Source of the DNA: an uncultured Lachnospiraceae bacterium
Lineage (GTDB): Bacteria > Bacillota > Clostridia > Lachnospirales > Lachnospiraceae
Direction of reading: 5' to 3'
Assembly: GCA_902781225.1 (NCBI GenBank)
Contig: CACZIN010000022.1
Location: 3,460 to 43,459 of the forward strand
DNA: 40,000 nt
Shown: piece after piece, positions 7,775 to 17,479 of the stretch
Position numbering within the stretch: the first letter of the stretch is position 1
How the letters are laid out: every line of letters starts with the position of its first letter
Position numbers and translations under genes: made by a program
The notes under the pieces: model-generated
Databases searched by the model: none
What the model saw: the letters and a program-made list of their open reading frames with translations, nothing else
What the model was told of the DNA's origin: nothing

Positions 7775-9559
7775 TTGCATTCTTCGTTTATCCACACATT
7801 TTCCCGTCAATTCGTCCTTTTTCCACTGATGACGTCCGTTTTTCTGCTCAACGGGTGCTCCCGCTTCTCCATGCAGGCGGATTCCGTCACCGGTTCCACG
7901 TCCTCCTTCGATACGTTTCTTGACGATTTTTTCCGGGCGGAGGTCTCCTCCAACACGGTCAATCTTCATTTTTCACTGTCCCATCCAGAAAACTACGGCA
8001 TTACAGAAACTCCGATCACGCTCGGCAGTCTCTCGGAGGAAGCACTTACCGTATCCCGGGCATCTCTGGAGAACACACTTGCGGCTCTGGAAAAGTATGA
8101 CCGCGATGCTCTTCCACCCTCCGGGCAGCTCACCTATGACGTCCTACAGGATTATCTTAAGACGGAGCTCTCCGCCTCCCATCTGACTCTCTACGACGAG
8201 CCGCTGCGCCCCACGACCGGCATTCAGTCGCAGCTTCCCGTCCTGTATGAGGAATACCGTTTCCGGCAGCCAGCCGACGTGGACGACTATCTCGCGCTCC
8301 TCGCCTTAACCGGCGATTATTTCGACCAGATCATCCGCTTCGAGCAGCAGAAGGCACAGGCCGGTCTTTTTATGTCCGACTATGCCTGCAACACACTGAT
8401 TTCACAGTGCAACGCCTTCACGGCAGACCAGGAGCAGCACTATCTCATCCAGACCTTTGATCACAAAATTGATGCCATGTCAGAATTGACGGATGAACAA
8501 AAGACGCTCTGCAAGGAAAAGAATGCCGCTCTGGTGCGGGAACATGTGCTTCCCGCCTACACCCATCTCGCCGCAGCGCTCACAGAGCTTCTCGGCAGTG
8601 GCAAAAACGATATGGGACTCTGTTACTTCGCAGACGGAAAAGATTACTACCGCTACCTAGTCTACCACAACACCGGGAGCGCTTCCGATCTTCCGGCACT
8701 GCAGGACCGGATCCTGGAAAAACGGCAAAGCGACCTGCGGCAGGCGGCAGCACTCCTCTCCGAAAACCCGCAGTTAAAAGCATCCGAAACGGCCGTCCGG
8801 CTTCCGGCCGCCGATCCCATTGCAACACTAAACGGGCTGCAGGAGGCGATGCGCGCAAATTTTCCCGAGCCTCCCGAAACCACCTTCACCGTAAGTTTTA
8901 TTGACGAGTGCATGGAAGACTATATGGCGCCCGCATTTTACATCACCTCGCCCATCGATGATTACGCGCAGAACTCCATATATATCAATGCCTCCTCCGA
9001 CGCCTCCTCCATGCGGTATTTCACAACACTGGCGCACGAGGGCTTCCCCGGTCACCTTTATCAGACGGTGATGTCCTATGAAGCCGGACTGCATCCCGTG
9101 CGGTTTCTGCTGAATTATCCGGGCTATGTCGAGGGCTGGGCGACCTACGTGGAGATGATCTCGTACCATTATGCCGGGCTGGATGATGACCTCGCCTCGC
9201 TGCTCTCCCTGAATCAGTCCGCCCTCCTAAGTCTCTATGCCTCAACGGATCTGGGAATCCACTACGACGGCTGGAGCTTTTCCGACACAACCGCTTTCTG
9301 GAAAGACTTCGGCATCACGGATCAGACCGCACTGCGCGAAATCTATGAGCTGATCGTGGAAGAACCCGCCCATTATCTGAAATACTATGTGGGATATATG
9401 GAATTTGTGGATTTAAAAGAAAAGGCACAGGAAACCTACGGAAGCGCCTACAGCGATATCGCTTTTCATAAGGCTCTGCTCTCCATCGGTCCTGCACCTT
9501 TTTCGATCATTGAAACGTATCTGGATAATTATTATCTGCCGGATGCGGCTCCCCAATAG
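7775..9559 (+). CDS. DUF885 family protein (metallopeptidase-like), probably a lipoprotein
   Basis: HEGFPGHLYQ and GYVEGWATY are DUF885 signatures. The start is uncertain. I favour TTG 7775 (GAGGTG 5 nt upstream), which gives a signal peptide ending in lipobox LLNGC. ATG 7829 and ATG 7718 are the alternatives. Confidence 0.75.
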   Translation: MHSSFIHTFSRQFVLFPLMTSVFLLNGCSRFSMQADSVTGSTSSFDTFLDDFFRAEVSSNTVNLHFSLSHPENYGITETPITLGSLSEEALTVSRASLENTLAALEKYDRDALPPSGQLTYDVLQDYLKTELSASHLTLYDEPLRPTTGIQSQLPVLYEEYRFRQPADVDDYLALLALTGDYFDQIIRFEQQKAQAGLFMSDYACNTLISQCNAFTADQEQHYLIQTFDHKIDAMSELTDEQKTLCKEKNAALVREHVLPAYTHLAAALTELLGSGKNDMGLCYFADGKDYYRYLVYHNTGSASDLPALQDRILEKRQSDLRQAAALLSENPQLKASETAVRLPAADPIATLNGLQEAMRANFPEPPETTFTVSFIDECMEDYMAPAFYITSPIDDYAQNSIYINASSDASSMRYFTTLAHEGFPGHLYQTVMSYEAGLHPVRFLLNYPGYVEGWATYVEMISYHYAGLDDDLASLLSLNQSALLSLYASTDLGIHYDGWSFSDTTAFWKDFGITDQTALREIYELIVEEPAHYLKYYVGYMEFVDLKEKAQETYGSAYSDIAFHKALLSIGPAPFSIIETYLDNYYLPDAAPQ

Positions 9560-9571
9560 CCCCGGCGTAAC

Positions 9572-10030
9572 TTATTTCGCGCGGAATACTGTACGGAAAA
9601 TCAGGCGCACCAGCGGTCCTGCAAAAAAGATCTGCCAGCAGAGCGCCATCGGGAAATTAAGAACGGTCGTCTGGAACCACAGCGCAATAATTTCTTTGCC
9701 CGGGTTCTGGAAGAGAATGGTCGCCACAAGACTCATCATCGGGCACATAAGGCAGACAATCATGCTGGAAATCGCGAGCAGAATAAAAATCGGCTTATCA
9801 TCCGGTGAGACAAGGCGGAAGGCAAGCATCTTTGCGAGGCGTTCCACAACGAACATTTCCAGCACAAAAGCAACCGGCCACATGATAATTACCTCGTGGA
9901 ACGCGAGCATGAAAACCTCGTTCGTCATTCCGCCTCGGTTGATCGCGATGTTGTAGCAGATCATGGCGTAGACCATGGCGAACGCCATGAGAAGTGTGAA
10001 GATGACATTTTGAAATTTGGTTTTTGGCAT
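9572..10030 (-). CDS. DUF2798 domain-containing membrane protein
   Basis: Start trimmed to MPKTKFQNVIFTLLMAFAMV with AAAGGAGAG upstream. It shows the duplicated two-helix pattern typical of DUF2798. Confidence 0.75.
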   Translation of the reverse strand: MPKTKFQNVIFTLLMAFAMVYAMICYNIAINRGGMTNEVFMLAFHEVIIMWPVAFVLEMFVVERLAKMLAFRLVSPDDKPIFILLAISSMIVCLMCPMMSLVATILFQNPGKEIIALWFQTTVLNFPMALCWQIFFAGPLVRLIFRTVFRAK

Positions 10031-10154
10031 AAGTAACTCTCCTTTTCTCTGCAAAATACATACGTGTTGTTCGTTCATCAGGCGAGCTTATGCGTCACAT
10101 GTATCGTTTCCAATTAAACCAAAATGTTTTTGCGAATTGTAATATGATATTGGT

Positions 10155-10194
10155 AAAAAACGCCGCAACACGGTCATCCCCGTTTGCAGCGTTT
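10155..10194 (-). terminator. Terminator after rsmI
   Basis: Imperfect long hairpin aacgccgcaacacgg/cccgtttgcagcgtt. A T6 run follows on the minus strand. Confidence 0.6.
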
Positions 10195-10234
10195 TCTAAT
10201 ATAACACAGTATTTTCATTTATGTAAGTATTTTT

Positions 10235-11074
10235 TTAAGACAACAGCGCCTGGTAGACATCGCGCTTGCTGATGCCGCGGTCCTTTGCCACCAGCTTCAT
10301 CGCTTCCTTCCGGCCGATCCCCTGCTTCTCATAGACTTCCATATGCTCCTCAAGCGACAGGTTCTCCCAGTTCTTCTGCTCTTCCTGCTTCAATTCCTCA
10401 AATGTCTTTCCGGCGATTACCAGGACATACTCTCCGCGGGGTTCATTGTCTTTATAATATTTAAGTATCTCCGAGAATGTCGTTAATGTCTTTTCCTCGT
10501 ACCGCTTTGTCAGTTCCCTGCACACGGTTAATTTGCGGTCTCCGAGCGTCTCATACAGCTCTTCCAGCGTGCGGATCAGATGATGCGGCGCCTCGTAGAT
10601 GATGATCGTGCGCGTCTCATTGACCAGCTGCGAGAGCACTGCTGCCCGCTCTTTTTTCTCCCTCGGCAGAAACGCCTCAAACGCAAAACGTCTGGTCGGC
10701 TGCCCCGACATCGTGAGTGCGGTGATACATGCCGCCGGTCCCGGCAGAGACGTCACCTCAATCCCTTCCTCATAGCAGATGCGCACGAGGTCTTCCCCCG
10801 GATCCGAGATCCCCGGCGTCCCCGCATCCGTAATCAGTGCAATGTCGAGTCCTTCGCGCATCTTATCCACCAGCTGATACGCTTTTTCGATCTTATTGTA
10901 CTCGTGATAGCTCGTCATCGGCGTCCGGATCTCAAAATGATTCAACAGCTTGATGGAATTTCTGGTATCCTCCGCCGCAATCAGATCGACTTCCTTTAAG
11001 GTTCTCACCACCCGGTAGGTGATGTCCTCCAGATTTCCGATCGGAGTGGCACACAAATATAACTTTCCCGCCAT
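10235..11074 (-). CDS. rsmI: 16S rRNA (cytidine1402-2'-O)-methyltransferase
   Basis: Start trimmed to MAGKLYLCATPIGNLEDITYR. AAEDTR and DAGTPGISDPG are RsmI/tetrapyrrole-methylase-fold motifs. Confidence 0.92.
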   Translation of the reverse strand: MAGKLYLCATPIGNLEDITYRVVRTLKEVDLIAAEDTRNSIKLLNHFEIRTPMTSYHEYNKIEKAYQLVDKMREGLDIALITDAGTPGISDPGEDLVRICYEEGIEVTSLPGPAACITALTMSGQPTRRFAFEAFLPREKKERAAVLSQLVNETRTIIIYEAPHHLIRTLEELYETLGDRKLTVCRELTKRYEEKTLTTFSEILKYYKDNEPRGEYVLVIAGKTFEELKQEEQKNWENLSLEEHMEVYEKQGIGRKEAMKLVAKDRGISKRDVYQALLS

Positions 11075-11141
11075 AACTTTTCCTTTCGTCGTGCATAAAG
11101 CGCGCACATCCTGTATACTTCCCGCGTGCAATCCCTGCCGG

Positions 11142-11918
11142 CTAACCGGCAGTCTTCTCCTCTGCCTTCCCTACTCCCGCAAGCTTCGGTGCAGCGAAAT
11201 ACAGCACGATTCCTCCGATCACCGCGCCGATGGAGATCAACTGCGACGTGGACAGCACACCCACACTGCCTCTGTAATCGTTGCGCAAAAACTCCACGGC
11301 GAATCTTCCGATTCCGTACAGCACAAGATAAGCCGCCGCAACGCGTCCGGTCTTCGGTCTCTTCGATGCAAACCATAACAGCAGCGCGCAGATGATAAAA
11401 TCTCCCGCCGCTGAGATCAGCTGCGTCGGTATCAGCTTCACACCGTTCGGTGCGAACGAGGAGCTATGAAACGTGATTCCGTACCACGCATCCGTCTCCC
11501 TGCCGTAGCAGCAGCCCGCAAAAAAGCAGCCAAAGCGGCCGAAGCCTTGTGCAAACGAAACCGCCGGCATCACCAGATCAAAATACGGCATAAACGCCTG
11601 CTTTTTCGTGCGGCAGTAGATATAACTTGCCAGAATTCCTCCGATGATTCCTCCGTAGACCACATAGCCGTTCTTGAAATCCCAGAGAATAGACGGATCC
11701 TTCATGATCTCCGGAATCTCTACAATATAATATAAAATCCTGGTTCCGAGCATTCCGCCGATGATGGCGCAGAAGAAAATGCCCCAGATGATATCCTCAT
11801 CATAGCCTCTTTTTTTGCCCCGGCGCAGCGTCATCAGCAATGCCGCCAGAAAACCCGCTGCAATCATCACTCCATACATATGAATGGTAATCGGTCCTAT
11901 CGCAATATCATTAAACAT
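11142..11918 (-). CDS. lgt: Prolipoprotein diacylglyceryl transferase
   Basis: GPITIHMYG, QGFGRFGCFFAGCCYGRET and GRFAVEFLRND are Lgt signatures. Confidence 0.92.
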   Translation of the reverse strand: MFNDIAIGPITIHMYGVMIAAGFLAALLMTLRRGKKRGYDEDIIWGIFFCAIIGGMLGTRILYYIVEIPEIMKDPSILWDFKNGYVVYGGIIGGILASYIYCRTKKQAFMPYFDLVMPAVSFAQGFGRFGCFFAGCCYGRETDAWYGITFHSSSFAPNGVKLIPTQLISAAGDFIICALLLWFASKRPKTGRVAAAYLVLYGIGRFAVEFLRNDYRGSVGVLSTSQLISIGAVIGGIVLYFAAPKLAGVGKAEEKTAG

Positions 11919-11982
11919 ATTCTTTTCCTTTCCGCCACAGCGTCCTGTCCGCTGCTTTCTGTGCTGTCACACCGGTCGTTCG

Positions 11983-12726
11983 TTAATATCCGTAGATATC
12001 ATAGATTTCATCCGTGTATACACCCTGTTCCTTATAAACGATCAGCGGCTTTTCCACCGTCAGTCTCGATCTGCCGCCGCGGCTTCCCTCCAGCAGAACC
12101 ATGTTCGGCTCCTTGTCCACGTACGGATAGACCAGCTGCATCCGCTTGGGTTCGATGCCGCAGGCAACCATCTTGCTCATAATCTCCGCAAGCCGGAACG
12201 GACGGTGTACCATGTAAAATCTCCCGCCCGGCACAAGCAGCTTCGCCGACTCCCGCAGAATATCGTCCAGGGTACACAGAACCTCATGGCGTGCAATCGC
12301 TTTTGCCTCCGAGCCGGAACTGATTCCATGCTGTCCGATCATATACGGCGGATTGGTGGTGACAATATCAAAAGAAGATGCCCCGAATATTCCCGAGGCA
12401 TCTTTGATATCGCCTGTCACAACCCGGATCTTTTCTTCCAGGTGATTATATAATACGCTTCTTCTCGCCATATCCGCGCTCTCTTCCTGAATCTCCAGCG
12501 CGGTAAAATCTTCTGCCTCCGTCTTTGCCTCCATTAAGATCGGGATAATCCCGGTGCCCGTCCCCAGATCAAGCACACGCTCTCCCCGTCTGGCACGCGC
12601 GAATCCCGACAACAGCACGGCATCCATACCGAAACAGAATCTCGCCGGATCCTGAATAATATAGTAGCCGTTCCGGTGCAGTTCATCCAGACGCTCGTTT
12701 TCATGGACAAGATTATTTGGTGTCAT
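11983..12726 (-). CDS. SAM-dependent methyltransferase, YabB / tRNA1(Val) m6A37 methyltransferase-like
   Basis: SAM motif VLDLGTGTGIIP and catalytic NPPY (TTNPPYM). The start could be ATG 12726 or TTG 12756. It overlaps the ricT 3' end by 14 nt, or 44 nt if TTG 12756 is the start. Confidence 0.85.
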   Translation of the reverse strand: MTPNNLVHENERLDELHRNGYYIIQDPARFCFGMDAVLLSGFARARRGERVLDLGTGTGIIPILMEAKTEAEDFTALEIQEESADMARRSVLYNHLEEKIRVVTGDIKDASGIFGASSFDIVTTNPPYMIGQHGISSGSEAKAIARHEVLCTLDDILRESAKLLVPGGRFYMVHRPFRLAEIMSKMVACGIEPKRMQLVYPYVDKEPNMVLLEGSRGGRSRLTVEKPLIVYKEQGVYTDEIYDIYGY

Positions 12727-13624
12727 CAATCTTGGATTTTCCTCCCTTATCCTCAAGCGCGGATAATTCCTTCAGCTCCTTTGCAGAAAGCTTTATATTT
12801 TCCTTTCTGCGGCGCGGACGGAACTTCAGCTCGTCCACCGGATATTCCCGGAGTTCTTTTTCATCGTCCACCTCTACCAGTACCTTCACCATCTGGCGGA
12901 GTACATTGACCGAAGACACTTCTCCTTTCAGTCCGTCCACCGTCGTCACGCGGTCGCCGATACCCGGAAGTCTGCTGTTGAGATACTCGTAGGTCTCTTC
13001 CTCATTCTTCAAGCAGCACATCAGTCTTCCGCACACACCCGAGATCTTGGTCGGATTCAAAGAAAGATTCTGCTCTTTTGCCATCTTGATGGAAACCGGC
13101 GCAAATTCCGAGAGATAGGTGTTGCAGCACAGCGCACGTCCGCAGATACCGATTCCGCCCATGATCTTTGTCTCATCGCGCACACCGATCTGGCGAAGCT
13201 CGATTCTGGTGCGGAATACCGCTGCGAGGTCTTTTACCAGCTCACGGAAATCGATTCTTCCGTCCGCCGTGAAGTAAAACAACAGCTTATTATTGTCAAA
13301 CGTGTATTCCGCCTCGACAAGCTTCATATCGAGCTTGTGCTTGGCAATCTTCTCGAGACAGATGCGGAAGGCATCCTTCTCTTTTTCCCGGTTCTTCGCA
13401 ACCGTCTTCTCGTCCGCCTCCGTCGCAATGCGGATGACCGGCTTCAACGGCTGGATGACTTCCTCCTCCGAAACCCCTTTCGGCTCCGTCATGACCGTTC
13501 CCATCTCGACACCGCGGGCGGTCTCCACGATTACGTGCATTCCCGCATGGATGTCCAGCTTGCCCGGTCCAAAATAATATATCTTGCCCGCATTCCGAAA
13601 GCGGACTCCTACTACTTTTACCAT
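12713..13624 (-). CDS. ricT: PSP1-domain protein RicT (YaaT, stage 0 sporulation protein)
   Basis: The cysteine-rich PSP1 core is CGRALCCNTYL...GVCGRLMCCLKNE. Its position directly after holB is conserved. Confidence 0.9.
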   Translation of the reverse strand: MVKVVGVRFRNAGKIYYFGPGKLDIHAGMHVIVETARGVEMGTVMTEPKGVSEEEVIQPLKPVIRIATEADEKTVAKNREKEKDAFRICLEKIAKHKLDMKLVEAEYTFDNNKLLFYFTADGRIDFRELVKDLAAVFRTRIELRQIGVRDETKIMGGIGICGRALCCNTYLSEFAPVSIKMAKEQNLSLNPTKISGVCGRLMCCLKNEEETYEYLNSRLPGIGDRVTTVDGLKGEVSSVNVLRQMVKVLVEVDDEKELREYPVDELKFRPRRRKENIKLSAKELKELSALEDKGGKSKIDDTK

Positions 13625-13628
13625 ATTT

Positions 13629-14651
13629 CTAGTTCTCCTTTATTGTCAGCAACAGCAGTTCCATTGTAAGGTCAAAGTTGACGTTGGCATTCAGCCGGAT
13701 CTGTGCTTTGCGCAGCGCCTCCAAGATCGTCTCGATGCCGCTGTAAGAACTCTTCTCTGCCTGCCGCTTGATGTCGTACACTTCATCCTTGAAGATCAGA
13801 CCGTTCACGTCGCCGGTTGCCTTAAACAACAGCACGTCCCGATACCATACCATCATCAGATCAAAGTAATCATTGATCGAAAGCTTGTATGTAGCAATCT
13901 GTTTTACCGCCTCTGTCATCTCATACAAATCGATGTCCCGAAGCCTCTTGATCAGCTGGAGCACCGCGTCCTTTAACTCGTTGAACTCCTCCGAGGACGC
14001 AAGCTGAATGGCTTTTCCGACGTTACCCTGAGCGAATGCCACACATACGTCCGCCTGGTAGTCCGGAATCTGATACTTGCGCATCAGATAGCCGCGGATC
14101 TTCTCATCCGGCACTGCCTTGATGTTCAATGTGACACAGCGGGATAAGATCGTCGGCAGAAAAGCGGCAGCGTTTGTGGTAAGAAGAATCAGAATCGCGT
14201 AGGCAGGCGGCTCCTCAATCGTCTTAAGCAGCGCATTCTGTGCCTGCTCGTTCATCTTCTCGGCTTCATCGATAATATAGATCTTATATCTGCTGCTGTA
14301 AGGTTTGATTACTATATCGTTGTTGACCTGGGTACGGATATCATCGACCGAGATTGTATTCGGCTTCTCATGCCGCACATAGATGATGTCCGGCTGGTTC
14401 TTCGTCATCGCCTGCTTACAGGAATGACATTCCATACACGGCTCCACATCGGACGGCTGCGCGGCATTTTTCACCACATCCTCCAGCTTCTCACACTCGA
14501 GTGTCTGGGCAAACGCCTCCGCGAGCATCATTTTGCCGGACTTATCCGGTCCGTTTATGATGTATGCATGTGATACCTTATCCATTGTGACTGCATTCTG
14601 CAGATGCTCTATGATCTGCTCATGCCCTAAAATAGCTTTAAATCCTGCCAT
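13629..14651 (-). CDS. holB: DNA polymerase III subunit delta'
   Basis: HAYIINGPDKSGK P-loop-like segment, Zn module CMECHSCK, and the SRC motif (LSRCVTL). Confidence 0.9.
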   Translation of the reverse strand: MAGFKAILGHEQIIEHLQNAVTMDKVSHAYIINGPDKSGKMMLAEAFAQTLECEKLEDVVKNAAQPSDVEPCMECHSCKQAMTKNQPDIIYVRHEKPNTISVDDIRTQVNNDIVIKPYSSRYKIYIIDEAEKMNEQAQNALLKTIEEPPAYAILILLTTNAAAFLPTILSRCVTLNIKAVPDEKIRGYLMRKYQIPDYQADVCVAFAQGNVGKAIQLASSEEFNELKDAVLQLIKRLRDIDLYEMTEAVKQIATYKLSINDYFDLMMVWYRDVLLFKATGDVNGLIFKDEVYDIKRQAEKSSYSGIETILEALRKAQIRLNANVNFDLTMELLLLTIKEN

Positions 14652-14669
14652 AGCTTCCCTCGTTTTATG

Positions 14670-15110
14670 TTAAGTCAGAATATCCAACAGAAGTCCCTGG
14701 ATCTCCCCGATCTTGCTCAAGATCGTGATGTGATCCTTCTCATCCTTGACCAGTTCCTGTGCAAGTTCGTCCAGGTTGGCATCAATCAGCCGGATCAGTC
14801 CGTAGACTCTGTGGCGTCCCTTGCGGTCCAGGAAATTCTCTCTTGAAAACTTATGAGAGCGGTAGACCACTTCATTCATAAAATCACGGATCAGTCCGCG
14901 GTACTTTTTCATATCGCGGATGTCCATATGTTCCGCAATCCGGTTCCCCTGAAACGTAATGTCAGATAACAGACTGTCCACCTTCGCCTGAAGCTCTGCA
15001 TCCGTGATCGCGCTCGCCAGCGTAAACTTGAACGTTCCGTCGCCGGTCTCCGTCGTCACCGTGTCCGGCACCTGCGTTACCATCTGTGCCTGATTCACCT
15101 TAATATCCAA
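14670..15110 (-). CDS. YaaR family protein (DUF327)
   Basis: The size, the position upstream of holB and the [24 protein letters not shown] pattern are typical of DUF327. Confidence 0.8.
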   Translation of the reverse strand: MDIKVNQAQMVTQVPDTVTTETGDGTFKFTLASAITDAELQAKVDSLLSDITFQGNRIAEHMDIRDMKKYRGLIRDFMNEVVYRSHKFSRENFLDRKGRHRVYGLIRLIDANLDELAQELVKDEKDHITILSKIGEIQGLLLDILT

Positions 15111-15135
15111 TCTGCCACCCTCTTTCCCTGATCCG

Positions 15136-15726
15136 TCAATCGTTCTGAGACAATATATAATCGCGGATATTTTCTTCCGTCTGCTTTAAATCATCATTTG
15201 CAAACCGCACCGTAATCTGTGCGTCCAAAAGCTTTTCTTCGGAAAAATCTGCCGCGTCCGCCAGAAATCTCCGGCACATCTCTTCATAGTGCGGTTCCCG
15301 CTGCTGCCGCTCTCTTCCGATCGCACGCTCCAGCCGGATTCCGTCCTCCACTTCAATATATATCGGAACAACACGTTCCTTTCCGAAGTAGTCCCGGAGC
15401 TTCCCGTATGCTTCCAACGTACCGATCAACAGATAATTCTGCCGCAGATCCTGTATCTGATGGTCATCCACCGTAAAATACTTCCATACTCCCTGCACCG
15501 TATCGTATGCCCGAAGTTCAATGACTTTGCCACGCTTTAGAAGATCGGCCAGTTCCTTCTCTCCGCAGAAATAATATTCCACGCCGTCCGTTTCTCCCCG
15601 GCGCATCGGCCGCGTCGTGTAGGGAATGATCTTCTTCAGCGAAAGCGCCCCGTCTTCCAGAAGCATCTTATATAATGTATCTTTTCCTGTTGAGCTCTTG
15701 CCCATCATGCAATAGATTTTTCCCAT
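15136..15726 (-). CDS. Guanylate-kinase-like P-loop nucleoside/nucleotide kinase
   Basis: The P-loop GKSSTGKDT is of the Gmk type, not the Tmk type. ATG 15726 has GAAGGTG 6 nt upstream. GTG 15735 is an alternative start. Confidence 0.75.
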   Translation of the reverse strand: MGKIYCMMGKSSTGKDTLYKMLLEDGALSLKKIIPYTTRPMRRGETDGVEYYFCGEKELADLLKRGKVIELRAYDTVQGVWKYFTVDDHQIQDLRQNYLLIGTLEAYGKLRDYFGKERVVPIYIEVEDGIRLERAIGRERQQREPHYEEMCRRFLADAADFSEEKLLDAQITVRFANDDLKQTEENIRDYILSQND

Positions 15727-15755
15727 TCGCTGCACCTTCTAGTATAATATAGTCT

Positions 15756-17339
15756 TTAAAAATATACAATCTTTATCCGACCGGGGGCAAGATTTCCCTG
15801 CCCTTCCACGTTCAGCTTTCTCTCCCGGCACTCTCTGATGTGCCGGATAAACTCTTCCGTGATAACTTCTCCCGGCACGATGAGCGGGATTCCGGGCGGA
15901 TACAGGTAGACGTAATCCGCCGCCATTTTCCCGACTGCCTCATCAAGCGGCACCTCCCGGTACGGCAGATCCAGCGCCTGGTAAATCTGCATCCGGCGCG
16001 GATTCTCACGGTACATGCGCGCCGTAAATCCGGCTTCCGCCCCATCCAGCCGCCGGTTCTCTTCATCGGTCTCATGGGGCGCCCCATCCAGCCGTCCGTT
16101 CTTCTCAGCGGTCTCATGGGTCGGCACATCCAGCCGTCCGTTCTTTTCAGCGGTCTCATGGGTCGGCGCATCCATACGCCGGTTCTCCTCAGCGGTTCCA
16201 CGAAGCGCCTCCTTACGCCGGTTCTTTTCATCGATCTCATGGAGCGCCGTCACAAGCCGCCGCATGCCCTCGTCCGTATCCATGAGGCTTGTCATGCCGA
16301 GCACATAGTCCGCCGACACCATCTCCATCTGGAGATGATAGTGTCCGAGCAGTTCCTGATGCAGCGCCTCGCCGCCCATGGCGCCCGCATAGATAATCAG
16401 CTTGGAATCGTCCCAGTCATACGCTTCTTCTTTGCAGAGGTCTTCCCGCCGCATGACATGCAGCTGCGCAAGATCCGCCGTGTCACGGTAAAATGCATCC
16501 AGACATCTCCGGTATTCCGCAAAAAGTTCTGCCCCCTGCTCACGGATCAGGTCGATGCATGCATCCATTCCCGCCATAAACAGATACGACGGCGAACTCG
16601 TCTCATAGACGCCCAGATACCGTGCCACGCGCCCGGGATCAATCCGCGTGCCGTTACAATGCAAAAGCGCCGTCTGTGTAAACGACGGCAGCGTCTTGTG
16701 CAGACTCATAATCACGGCGTCCGCCCCAAGGCGCACCGCATTTTCCGGGAATCCGGCTCCGAATCCGAAGTGGGCCCCGTGCGCTTCATCGACAATCAGC
16801 GCCGCCCCGTGTGCATGACAGCATGCCGCAATCGCCGCGACGTCCGACACGATCCCCTCGTAGGTCGGGGATGTGAGGATCACAACCGCAATATCCGGAT
16901 GCTTTGTCAGCGCCTCCTCCACCTGCGCCGCGGTAATCTGTCCCTGCAGATCTCCCCGCGTGATTGCCGGATAGAGAAACTCCGCCGCGAGTCCCTGCAT
17001 GGAAATCGCGTGATAGACCGCTTTGTGGCAGTTCCTTGCCGCCAGTACCTTATCTCCCCGCCGTGCGGCAGCGCAGATGGCGGCAAGCAGTCCGCAGGTG
17101 CTCCCGTTTACCAGGTAATACGACCGGTCCGCACCGTAGAGCTTCGCCGCGCGCTCCTCGGCCTCCCTGATAAGCCCTTCGGCATGATGCAGGTTGTCAA
17201 ATCCGTCAATCTCCGTAATATCGATGGTATACGGATTTGGAAACGGAAGTGCCCGGCGCTTGTGCCCCGGCATATGAAAAGGGTAGACATCCGATGTTCC
17301 GTATGAAATTAGTTGTTGATACAAATGCTCTCTCTCCAT
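15756..17339 (-). CDS. PLP-dependent Orn/Lys/Arg decarboxylase family protein (YaaO-like)
   Basis: FHMPGHKRR, the PLP-lysine motif MSLHKTLP and DEAHGAHF. The start is ATG 17339 or GTG 17351. A repeat insertion precedes the C-terminal domain. Confidence 0.85.
   Translation of the reverse strand: MEREHLYQQLISYGTSDVYPFHMPGHKRRALPFPNPYTIDITEIDGFDNLHHAEGLIREAEERAAKLYGADRSYYLVNGSTCGLLAAICAAARRGDKVLAARNCHKAVYHAISMQGLAAEFLYPAITRGDLQGQITAAQVEEALTKHPDIAVVILTSPTYEGIVSDVAAIAACCHAHGAALIVDEAHGAHFGFGAGFPENAVRLGADAVIMSLHKTLPSFTQTALLHCNGTRIDPGRVARYLGVYETSSPSYLFMAGMDACIDLIREQGAELFAEYRRCLDAFYRDTADLAQLHVMRREDLCKEEAYDWDDSKLIIYAGAMGGEALHQELLGHYHLQMEMVSADYVLGMTSLMDTDEGMRRLVTALHEIDEKNRRKEALRGTAEENRRMDAPTHETAEKNGRLDVPTHETAEKNGRLDGAPHETDEENRRLDGAEAGFTARMYRENPRRMQIYQALDLPYREVPLDEAVGKMAADYVYLYPPGIPLIVPGEVITEEFIRHIRECRERKLNVEGQGNLAPGRIKIVYF
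16043..16210 (-). repeat. 4 x 42-bp in-frame tandem repeat inside the decarboxylase gene
   Basis: Units start at 16043, 16085, 16127 and 16169. Copies 2 and 3 differ at only 2 of 42 positions. The region encodes RMDAPTHETAEKNGRLDVPTHETAEKNGRLDGAPHETDEENRRLD. Confidence 0.9.
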
Positions 17340-17479
17340 TGTTCCTGTCACTTTCCCCTGTCAATCCGTCTTGTTTTGCCCCGATGATCCGCGCAGCAGA
17401 ATTTTTGTCACTTGAACATTCCACCGTTTTCCATTATGATATGGGATATATTTATTTAATAGAAATGGCGGAAATTTTT

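Noticed and set aside
15840-17306. A 488-aa plus-strand ORF, and several others of 60-140 aa, antisense to the decarboxylase gene.
   Set aside because: It is Arg/His/Pro-rich low-complexity sequence with no recognisable motifs and no RBS. The opposite strand carries a clear PLP-decarboxylase with all its motifs. This is a typical shadow ORF.
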